A stretch of 64,000 nt of DNA from Rebecca billardiae RCC1528 (lineage: Eukaryota; Protista; Haptophyta). This document shows, one piece after another, positions 12,025 through 21,957 of this stretch. Position numbers and translations under genes: made by a program. Location of the stretch: assembly GCA_965240325.2 (NCBI GenBank), contig OZ251231.1, positions 434,001 through 498,000 on the forward strand, written 5' to 3'. Under the pieces are notes generated by a model, which searched no databases, was not told the origin of the DNA, and saw only the letters and a program-made list of their open reading frames with translations. Position 1 is the stretch's first letter. Each line of letters opens with the position of its first letter.

Positions 12025-13158
12025 TCACCGGTCCGCGGCGGTCGTGGCCTCGCCGACGCTGATCATGCACTTGATGGCGGCCCTGCCATCGGCTCCCTGC
12101 CCGCGCATGCACGCGTCGAACGCCTCGCGCGTGCCCGCGTCGGTGAACGCGAAGCGGTGTGTAATCAGCTTCTGCGCCGGCACCTTGCCCTCTGCGAGCA
12201 GCTGTAGGCAGCGTGGGTAAGTGTTCCGGTATCTGAAGACGCCCTCGAGCCGGACCTCGCGCGTGGCGACGCACTCGAGCACGGGGAGCGAGGCGTCGGG
12301 CGCGCCGAGCCCCACGACGACCAGCACGCCCCCGGGGCGCACGGCGAAGAGGCCGGCGCGCAGGCACGGCTCGGCCCCCGTGCAGTCGATGGCAGCGGCG
12401 ATCTCAGGGGATGCGGGCGAGGGCGCGGCTGCCGCTTCCTCGGCCGCGGCGGCGCACAGCGCGCGTGCGGTGGCCTCCGGGCCGGCCGCTGCGGGGGTGA
12501 GCGTGCGCGCGCTCGGCACCAGCTCGCGCAGCGCCTCGAGCCGCGACTCGTTCACGTCGACCACGAGCACGCGCGCGCCGTTTGCGGCCGCGACGATCGC
12601 CGTGAGAGCGCCGATCGGGCCCGCGCCAAAGACGGCGACCGTGTCGCCGCTGCGCACGGCCGCTTTGGTCTCGACGGCGTACACGGCGACGGAGAGCGGC
12701 TCGCACAGAGCCCCGTGCTCCGCGGTGAGTGGCGGCGGCACCACGTGCGCGAACGCCGCGGGGTGCACCACCTCGGCGCACATGGCGCCGTGCACGGGCG
12801 GCGTCGCAAAGAAGCGAATGGACGGGCAGAGGTTGTACCGCCCTTCCTCGCAGCGCGCGCACGCGCCGCACGGGATGCCGGGCTCGAGGGCGACGATGTC
12901 GCCCACCTTGACCGTGCCGGGCGCGACGCCCTCCGCCGCGACCTCGACGACCGCGCCCGCGCACTCGTGGCCGAGGACCATCGGGTCTTTGACGACAAAC
13001 TTGCCGATGGCGCCGTGCGTGAGGTAGTGCACGTCCGAGCCGCAGATGCCGCACGCGACGATACGGACGCGCACCTCGCCCGGGTTGAGCGCGGCCGAGC
13101 GGGGCACCTGCGCGATCGCCATCTCCCCGCGACCGCGCAGGAGCAATGCCGGTTGCAT
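12025..13158 (-). CDS. Zinc-dependent sorbitol/xylitol (L-iditol 2-) dehydrogenase
   Basis: CGICGSDVHY, LGHE, structural Zn site CGACARCEEGRYNLC, FATPPVHG, GAGPIG and GVFRY motifs. Confidence 0.93.
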   Translation of the reverse strand: MQPALLLRGRGEMAIAQVPRSAALNPGEVRVRIVACGICGSDVHYLTHGAIGKFVVKDPMVLGHECAGAVVEVAAEGVAPGTVKVGDIVALEPGIPCGACARCEEGRYNLCPSIRFFATPPVHGAMCAEVVHPAAFAHVVPPPLTAEHGALCEPLSVAVYAVETKAAVRSGDTVAVFGAGPIGALTAIVAAANGARVLVVDVNESRLEALRELVPSARTLTPAAAGPEATARALCAAAAEEAAAAPSPASPEIAAAIDCTGAEPCLRAGLFAVRPGGVLVVVGLGAPDASLPVLECVATREVRLEGVFRYRNTYPRCLQLLAEGKVPAQKLITHRFAFTDAGTREAFDACMRGQGADGRAAIKCMISVGEATTAADR

Positions 13159-13314
13159 GGCGATGACGTCCGCGGCCGTGATCTACGCCCTTGGCGGTGA
13201 TTGGTCGATTCTGATCGGGCGGGTAACAGTTGGCTGAATCGTAGTACTTGGCGCGGTGAGCGGTCCGGTCGCGGGTCGTCACGCCCCGCTTGCCGAGGCT
13301 TGGACCGCTCTGCC

Positions 13315-14280
13315 ATGTCGCTCGTTCGGCTCGCGCGCGTGCTCGCGGCGCCGCGCGCGATTGGCGCGCGCGCGCTGAGCGCCGCCCCGTCCTTCTCTGG
13401 GGAGACAGCCGACCTGTACGAGGTGGTGATGGCGCAGCACGCGCAGCCCAACGGCCCGTGGCCGCTGGTGGTCGAGGAGGTGCGCGACGCGCTGCCAGAG
13501 AACCACGAGGCGACCGTCCTCGACCTCGGGTCGGGTCCGGGCGAGCCGGCGCTGACGATCGCGACGACGTTCCCGGGGCTGGACGTGCTCTGCACCGACG
13601 TCGCCCCCGACATGGTCGCCAAAGCTCGCGTGCGTACCGACGCGTGCGACAACATCCGGTGCGAGGAGCTCGACATGCAGGACATGCACCTCGTCTCGAA
13701 CGACTCGATCAACATCGTCACGTGCGTGTTCGGGCTGATGTTCCCCGCTGACAAGAAGAAGGCGCTTGCCGAGATCTACCGCGTGCTCCGTCCGGGCGGC
13801 GTGCTGATCGCCACGTGGCCGACCGAGATGAAGATGCTGGATGCGACCAAGGTGGTGATGGAGGCGGCGGTCGGCGGGCCCCCGCCGCCGATGCCAATGG
13901 ACCCGCTCGCGCTCAAGGAGCCGTTCCTCCTCGCGCGGATGCTGACGGACGCGGGGCTCGTCGTCACAAAGACGCGCGAGAGCGAGTACGACTTCTTCCT
14001 CGGCAAGGACGAGGAGCTCGCCTTCAAAATCGCGACCATCCCGCTCGCTGGGAGCCTGGAGGAGCTCGCCACGTCGCGAGGACGCGGCTCGCTGCTCGGC
14101 GCGCTCGGCCACCACATGTCGGGCGAGGACGTGTCGAGCAAGGCCCGCAAGGCGTTCGCGCACTTCCTCGATGAGCACGGGCTGCGGCGTGCGGACGGCG
14201 AAATCGTGATCGGCCCGGCCAAGTTTGGCCTGATCGTCGCAGAGAAGCCGGGCGGGGAGAAGAAGGAGAAAAAGGACTGA
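13315..14280 (+). CDS. Class I SAM-dependent methyltransferase with mitochondrial-type presequence
   Basis: Motif I VLDLGSGPGEP, TDVAPDM, CVFGLMF and EIYRVLRPGG. Arg/Ala/Leu-rich N-terminus. Confidence 0.88.
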   Translation: MSLVRLARVLAAPRAIGARALSAAPSFSGETADLYEVVMAQHAQPNGPWPLVVEEVRDALPENHEATVLDLGSGPGEPALTIATTFPGLDVLCTDVAPDMVAKARVRTDACDNIRCEELDMQDMHLVSNDSINIVTCVFGLMFPADKKKALAEIYRVLRPGGVLIATWPTEMKMLDATKVVMEAAVGGPPPPMPMDPLALKEPFLLARMLTDAGLVVTKTRESEYDFFLGKDEELAFKIATIPLAGSLEELATSRGRGSLLGALGHHMSGEDVSSKARKAFAHFLDEHGLRRADGEIVIGPAKFGLIVAEKPGGEKKEKKD

Positions 14281-15536
14281 CGGGCCGGGTCATAGGGCTC
14301 ATCCCAGGCAACCACATCGTCGGACGCCTCGCCGACGGATCGGGGTCGGGCCGCGCCAATCGCAACGCATGTCAACAGGTCTAGCTGATCGGCGCGGGCT
14401 GCGGAAGTCACGACGGTATCTCCGACGAGGCCTTCGACCGTCCGTTGATGCTACTCACTTGGTGCGGCACGCCGGCGTGGCCCGTCCCGGGCCGTCCGCG
14501 CCCGCGGGCCGTCCGCGGGCCGTCGACGCCGTCGGCCGATGCTCTTGCCTCTCGGGATCGGCTTATTGGCCTCGTCAGACGGCTCAGTCACTAAGTCTCA
14601 GCCTTAGTCCAGTCAGTGGTGGCCGCGGGCCAGCGGCACTGCATGACTATTGACTCGTCAGTTGCCGGGCTGTAATTGGCTTCATTCTTGCGGCGGACAC
14701 GGCACTGGCCAGTCCGTAGTAGCAGAATCATTATATTTCATAATTAATATATAGTATATGGTTTATAATACACTATTACATATATGTACTTATTTTAATT
14801 AATTGATGCGCGTTTATTAATCAATATATGCGCCGCGCGCGCTTATAATAGTAATGCTGACGAGTTCTGTTTAATATTTTATGTTATTAGCCGGGCGCCG
14901 CACGCACTGCGCGGCTCACTCATGGCCGGCCGATCATCATTCTGAGCATCCAGCTACCATCATTCATCTGAATCACTGACTGCAGTGGCCTTCAGCAAGA
15001 GTCCAAGACACTACCGCCACTACGCCGTGCACTCGGCGCGCCCGGGCGCAGCCTGTGCCCCTGTCGCCGTCGGCATCTAGATCTAGTATATATATAGATA
15101 TATAGTATTTATTGTGAATACAGTTATGGAGGCCGCGAGTCGTGACTCACGCGGTGATGAGTCAAGCGCAGACCATATCCGGGTTCATGGCCATGCGCCG
15201 CAGTGGCGTAGTTTGTAGCTACTACATGCACGCGGTGGGGTGGCACTCCAGTGCCGGCCCCATCCCGCAAGCGCAAACAACCGGACGCCCCGGCCCTCGC
15301 AGCTGGTGAGCCAGCGAACCCTCCGGGCAACAGCACCCTGCCGCCGGCTTTGAGGCCGACACGCCATGCTGGGGCACATATCACCTGAGGGCCAGGCCTT
15401 CTGTGTGATAAGCTACCCCAGCCATGCCGCTTATTGATACACGCCTTCCCCAACCGACAGTGGGGCTCCACATTCCATACTACTACAATTACTGCGACAT
15501 CCTGTCGGCGCGGCCGTGTTGCATCGGCGCCCAGTC

Positions 15537-15983
15537 GGCGAGTTCGGACGACGACGTTTTGTGGACGACGGTGGGGCGAGGACGACGGGCGCTGGCGCGC
15601 CGCGAGGCGGCCGCAGCCCTCATCCAGGCCTCGCAGGCGGACGGCTGAACGAATTTTCCGGCGGCGCAGCCATCGGCGACGGCTCCATGGGCGGTGACAG
15701 TTGGCGGGCGTCAATCTCGCCTGCCTGAGCTGTGTGCGTCTCTTATTCTTAGTATAAGGCGAGTTCGGACGACGACGTTTTGTGGACGACGGTGGGGCGA
15801 GGACGACGGGCGCTGGCGCGCCGCGAGGCGGCCGCAGCCCTCGTCCAGGCCTCGCAGGCGGACGGCTGAACGAATTTTTCCGGCGGCGCTACCATCGGCG
15901 ACGGCTTCATGGGCGGTGACAGTTGGCGGGCGTCAATCTCGCCTGCCTGAGCTGTGTGCGTCTCTTATTCTTAGTAAACTGTA
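15537..15983 (+). repeat. Tandem duplication of a ~221-bp unit ending in the 49-bp dispersed motif
   Basis: 15537-15754 and 15758-15983 are near-identical. A diverged inverted copy lies at ~16900-17056. Confidence 0.9.
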
Positions 15984-16832
15984 GTTGGGCGGACACCGAC
16001 GGCTCGGGGCTAGCTGCTGTCGACCCAAAGGACCATCAAATGATGGTCCTTTGGTCGACCGCGGCTCACAAGTTCCGCCTTCCGGGCTTCCGGTCGCGCG
16101 ACGAGCCAGCGATTGTCCGACGACGATGCCATCAGTCGATCGATCATCTCATTGTCGTCATCGGAAATACTACTCAGAAAATATAGGCGGCGGCGCAGCG
16201 CATGCAGCGGTTCAAAATGCGCTGCCTTGGAATACCGCGCCTCCACAACGCCAAACGGGCTGTCGCCGGCCTCCCGCAGCTGCTCAGAGTCAGGCGCCGC
16301 TAGGTCGGCAGGCGTCCACATCGACTACGAGGCCCTCTCCCTCAGGCTCATGGCTCATGCCTCATCCAGGTGCCACCGGAAGGCGCTCGGATGCGGCGGC
16401 CTCTTCTGCCCAGCCGCCGCGTGCCCCAGCCAGCAGCGACCAGGCTGTAGGCTGAGTAGCGCCCGGAAGCGGAGTGCTGTGACTGAGTCATCAGTCATGA
16501 GTGCAGGCCGGCTCTGACATTTATCCCGCGGCCGCCCCGGCTGACCCGTAGTACATAGGTACTAATATTTCATACTATATGACTACCAAGGTAGGGGGCA
16601 GGGCTGCGGGTCACAGTGTCACACGGCCTGACTGACCTGGCTGGGCGGTGAAGGCGCGGACGCGTACCGGCTACGTGCCTGCTGCACTCAGTCAGCAGTG
16701 AGGCTGACGCCTGCCCCGGTTGCATGCCACGACGATGTTAAATATGTAGTATCATAGCTACAAGCCTACAGAACAGTTACTAGTACTACCATATACGACC
16801 CGTGGCTATGAATACTGCTAGTCGGCTACTGT

Positions 16833-16872
16833 TGCCTGAGCTGTGTGCGTCTCTTATTCTTAGTAAACTGTA
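16833..16872 (+). repeat. 5'-truncated copy of the 49-bp dispersed motif
   Basis: TGCCTGAGCTGTGTGCGTCTCTTATTCTTAGTAAACTGTA is identical to the 3' part of the copies at 15935 and 52560. Confidence 0.9.
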
Positions 16873-18295
16873 TTAGTATTTAGTAGGCAGTAGCTAAGAG
16901 GCGCACACTACGACAGCTCAGCCAAGATTGACGCCGCCCGCCAACTGTCACCGGCCATGAAGCCGTCGCCGATGGAAGCGCCGTCAGAAGATTCATTCAG
17001 CCGTCCGCCTGCGAGGCCTGGATGAAGGCTGCGGCCGCCTCGCGGCGCGCCAGCGGCCCAGCGCCGCGCCCCGTCGACCGCCGCCACAATTCCGCCATCA
17101 CATGAAAGCGCATCGCGAGTCGTCATAAAATGCGCCTCAATATTTTGCCCCACGGAGCCGGCATCGTGCATCCGGCGGACTCCACCGCTCCGTGTCTCCC
17201 GGCCCGGGCGGGCCGCGGCGGTGATCGTGCGGGCATCCGTCGACGAGCTCGTTGACAATGGAGCTGCGGCCCCTGCTGCGCAGCTTCGACGCGTCGCGCA
17301 GGGTATGGCGCCACCGCTTGCTGGATCTTGTTCGCGACGCGCCGGCCACACAATCGCCCACCGACCCGGGCCTGGCTGCCGCCCGCGACTACCTCTTCCT
17401 CCGCCGTGCGCTCGCTGCGCGGCGCGAGCTGACAGAGCGGTATGAGCTCGAACGACCCGAAAAGCGTGAGATGGACAAGGCCCGCGATGCGGCTGCGCGG
17501 GTCGGGCTGGCGCTACCCAAGCGCGCCGAATGATCACAGGTTTACTGGTGCGCACAGCCGGTGTGTCAGATCCTATGGCGGTCCGAGGTGCACGGTTCGC
17601 AAGCAAGCTCAGCGCCAAGGGGCCCAAGGTGCATCCGAAGGCGGAGCTGTCACCCTTTTTGCCCACACGCCCTGCCAGTCGTGATCATCGTCGACGCGAC
17701 CCAGGGCCCTTTGCCGTGCCGCTCGCCGTCCTCCTGTGCCGGACATCGCTCGGATCGGCGAGGAGACTCGGATATGGTCAATGGTCCATTATCAACTTTG
17801 AGTCAATGATGGTGACTGGCGGCTTACGGGATTTATGAAGCACCAGCCTGATGCGACGAACGTTGAGGACGAGATTGTTCATCAGCAATGTCGATAGCCG
17901 ATACATGTGGGCGGTCACTAGTTGGCAGTGTACGTGGCAGCGGCCGCGCGCCGCGCGCGGGCGGCCTCGCGTGCCACTCGCGCGGGCCGTCGTGGCGCCC
18001 TCGGCTCGGAGTCGGGGGGCTGCTCAGTCTGCTCGTCATGTCTGCTGGCTCTGCTTGCGACGCCGACACTCGCCCGCACTCGGCCGACGACTCAGTTGCC
18101 AGCAGTGGGCTCGCTGACGCTGATGTGACACGGGCATGAGGCGCCTGACTCGGCTGAGGCCCGACGGTCCGCCTGGTGGCCTGGTGAGTCTGGTCCGATT
18201 TCGATTCGTTGAGCTCACCTTGCCGCCCCTTCTGTCGGAGTGCCAAGCTGCTGTCTTGCTGATGCGGCTCGCAGTCAGGAGCACCGTCCACCGCA

Positions 18296-19671
18296 TTAGC
18301 CCTGGTCGCCAGTCCAGAGAGTGAGGTTGTCGCGCAGGAGCTGCAAGATCAGCACATCGTCCTCGTATGACTCCTCATCGAGCGTGCCCAGTTCGGCGAG
18401 CGCATCGTCAAACGCGCTCTGCGCAAGCTGGCGCGCCTCCTCTGGCTTGTTCTGCACCTCATACATGAAGACTGAGTAGTTGAGCGCGAGGCCGAGCCGG
18501 ATCCGGTTGGTCACCTGCAGCTTCTCGCGTGCGATCCCCTGCGCTCTCGCGTACGAGTCAGCGGCCGCCTCCTCGTCGTTTGCTGCCGACCTGAACTCTG
18601 CAAGATACCCGTGGTAGTCACCCTGCAGGACGAGCAGCATATGTGTAGCCGCAGGAGGAGGTGGATAGTCAACACATGACATCCCCCAAAGGCAAACCCA
18701 CTGGTCCACAGCCACCAACCAAGCCAGGGGAGCACACGGCCACACACACACATGCGTGGCACGTCATCAAGGAAAGCACACGGTGCAGCTGCGCGAGCGC
18801 GCACCTTCATCTTGTAGTAAAAGACCTCGTCTTCCGCGTTTTCCGCGGTCGAGGCCTTCGGGATCAACACATTATTGAGGAGCCCGAGGACGTCATTGCA
18901 GATCTGCTCAAGCTCACGCTGGCTCGTACTCAGGTACCCCGCAATCGTCTCCACCTCCATGGAGTTCGGATCCTTCGCTTCCTCTGCCGACTTGAGCTCA
19001 TTGAGGATGCGGATGGATGCGCGATGGGGGGCTGCAAAGTTCTTGTAAGCAGCCGCCAGCAGGCTGCGCTCCTCGCGAGTGAGGCCGCCATTAGAAGACG
19101 TGGCGAGCTGCATCATGGACTCGGCCATTTCTTCGTACCGCTCCATCTGCTGGAGCAGCTTCGCCTTGTACAGCAACTCAGATCGCTCTCGTGCAGGCAA
19201 GGGAGACGAAGAAGAAGATGGCGGGGGAGACGGAGGCGGTGAGATAGGAATCTTTGGTTCCCAACGCACCGGAGTGCCCATGAACGAACGCATATTCGTG
19301 AACGCGGCCTTGGACATCGTGAAGTCGCCGCCTTTCGTGATGTCAGCGTACATGTAGAACTCCTTCTTCTCCTTCTGTTCGTCTGGGTGTTGACCCGTCT
19401 GCGTCGGCCTGAGCGTCCTGACCCCGTTCTTGAGGAGCTCGGCCCAGGTCAGCTCACCGTCGCCATTCGCGTCCACCTTCTCGAAGTGATAGAAGGCCTG
19501 GCTCTCCCAATCCGCGTCCGACTTCTCCAATGATGGGTACGCCTCGCGCTTGCCAGAGTCCGCCTCGGCCGCGCTGCCGGCAGTGACGGCGACCGCGACG
19601 AGTGCGAGCACCATGATCCCGGCAGCCGTCGCACAGAACCCAAGTGCGTGCGTCTTCGTGATCGTCGTCAT
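18296..19671 (-). CDS. Divergent 14-3-3 protein fused to an N-terminal hydrophobic signal/anchor, EF-hand and Pro/Ser linker (intron 18623-18804)
   Basis: 14-3-3 motifs [28 protein letters not shown]|[18 protein letters not shown] and [13 protein letters not shown]-hand loop [12 protein letters not shown]. Hydrophobic segment [14 protein letters not shown]. All of the N-terminal parts are in the same exon as the first half of the 14-3-3 domain. Confidence 0.88.
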
Positions 19672-19821
19672 GTGGCCGGGGCGGCAGCCGACACGCGCGG
19701 ACGGGGGGCCGCGGCCGCCGCGCGGTGGCCGGTGCACCAAAATCTCGGGGTCCCAGTAGGCTACGCTCGCTTCGTCGAAGCAATAAAACGATCTCCGCGC
19801 TCGCTCGCGTGTCGTGCCGCC

Positions 19822-21824
19822 CAAGGGGAGTCAGGGTACAGCACGTCCAGTTGGGCTGCAGCTGGAGCTTGGGTACAGGTGCATCTAATCTCCCGTAACG
19901 GTCGAGCACCCCTCGCTAGGCGAGGGGTGCGGCGGAAACGACAGTGGAAACCCGGGGACTTTGTCCCCGCGCCCCTATCGCGGGCTCTGGCGCGCGAACG
20001 CTTTGTCACTACTGGCTCCCCGAGGTGGAGAGCGGCGCTCCGTGCACCAACAAAGACATCCCCAGCCGCATGTTGCCACTCGACACCTCGTCTCGCCTCG
20101 CGCGGAGCCAACTTGTGGTGTGCGGGAGCCACCCGTAGCACACTGGGCCGTGTAGCGACGCGCGTGGCGGGTCAACAGTGCATCGCGAAGGCGTCGCACG
20201 CGCAATCCGTTGAGTACATACTCATGTCTGTCCCATGGCACGTCGTGCGCCGCCGCGTGCGCCGATGCACTCCCGACTCGCGACGCGCCGCGTGCAGCAC
20301 AGCCTGTGCTTCGGGTAGCTCCCGCACACCACAAGTTGGCTCCGCGCGAAGCGAGACGAGGTGTCGACAGGCGGTGCATGACGTGCCATGGGACAGACAT
20401 GAGTATGTACTCAACGGATTGCGCGTACGACGCCTTCGCGATGCACTGTTGACCCGCCACACGCGTCGCTACACGGCCCAGTGTGCTACGGGTGGCTCCC
20501 GCACACCACAAGTTGGCTCCGCGCGAGGCGAGACGAGGTGTCGAGTGGCAACATGCGGCTGGGGATGTCTTTGTTGGTGCACGGAGCGCCGCTCTCCACC
20601 TCGGGGATCCAGTAGTGACAAAGCGTTCGCGCGCCAGAGCCCGCGATAGGGGCGCGGGGACAAAGTCCCCGGGTTTCCACTGTTGTTTCTGTTGGCGGTG
20701 TCGCAGAGCGACCCGCCGGCCGTTACAGGGCCATTAGAAGGCGGTGGCTTGGGTACAAAAGCTTCCCGCGGCGCAGCGGCACTCGCCGCCGCCGCCGCCG
20801 TGGAGGGGCGGTTGTGGCGCGCACGGCGTGAGCCGCTGCGGGCGCTGAGGTGCGCGCGACGGCGGCGCGCCCGGCGGCGCTGCTGTAGGAGGCCACTGCC
20901 CTCCTCTCTGCCCCGCGCGCTTCGCTCGTCGTCGCCGTCGCCGCGCCTGCGACCAGCGCGCACGCGAGCGCCGCACCGCCCGGAAGCCGGGGCAATCTCA
21001 GCCGTGACTGCGCATGTGCGTCGCGACCTGGTCGGCCCAGCGCGCGAGGCGCGTGCGGGCGAGGCAGGGCCAGTGTGGCCGCGCGCCATGCCGCCTCAAG
21101 TAAGCCCATCTGAGCGTACAACAGGGAACTGAGCACGTGTGTCTGGTTGGCCGCTTGGACTCGGTGTCGAGTCTTCAAGCAATGCACGGGCCATCGTCGA
21201 GGCGATCTCGAGGCACTCAGTCAAAACGTCAGTTCAGCGCGCAGACGACCTGGGCGAGAGTCACTGACGATACATGACTCGCATGATCACAAAAGGCTCT
21301 GCAACTATCGCGTCTGTACGCCTACTGTCTCGATCGTGCACACTGACGTCTGCGCTTGGGTGCCGCATTGTTTGTCAACGTTGTCGACAGAGGTGCAAGG
21401 CCCGCGACATGCCCACTGGCGCAAGGTCGAGGCGGCATGGCGCGCGGCCACACTGGCCCTGCCTCGCCCGCACGCGCCTCGCGCGCTGGGCCGACCAGGT
21501 CGCGACGCACATGCGCAGTCACGACTGAGATTGCCCCGGCTTCCGGGCGGTGCGGCGCTCGCGTGCGCGCTAGTCGCAGGCGCGGCGACGGCGACGACGA
21601 GCGAAGCGCGCGGGGCAGAGAGGAGGGCAGTGGCCTCCTACAGCAGCGCCGCCGGGCGCGCCGCCGTCGCGCGCACCTCAGCGCCCGCAGCGGCTCACGC
21701 CGTGCGCGCCACAACCGCCCCTCCACGGCGGCGGCGGCGGCGAGTGCCGCTGCGCCGCGGGAAGCTTTTGTACCCAAGCTCCAGCTGCAGCCCAACTGGA
21801 CGTGCTGTACCCTGACTCCCCTTG
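19822..21824. mobile_element. Second CAAGGG...CCCTTG long-TIR element with 7-bp TSD (about 1123 bp without the nested insert)
   Basis: Left arm 19822-19875 plus 20756-~21093 is the reverse complement of ~21433-21824. TSD TGCCGCC at 19815-19821 and 21825-21831. Confidence 0.85.
19876..20746. mobile_element. Nested foldback/MULE-like element, 871 bp, 9-bp TSD
   Basis: TSD GCTTGGGTA at 19867-19875 and 20747-20755. The empty site is preserved in the host element's right arm (~21765-21785). Arms ~19943-20240 and ~20380-20682 are inverted repeats. Confidence 0.85.
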
Positions 21825-21957
21825 TGCCGCCGCCGCCGCCGGCGGCGTGCGTGCGCAGCTGGGTTGCAGGCTTGCAGCGCTGCAAAAAGACATCATCAAC
21901 CAGCTGAGCCGGCGACGTCCGAATCATGGCGCGCGCTTGCTGAATGAGCGCTGCTCA

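Noticed and set aside
16010-17840. Short ORFs in the repeat-rich block
   Set aside because: They may be pseudogene debris, but no recognisable motif supports a call.
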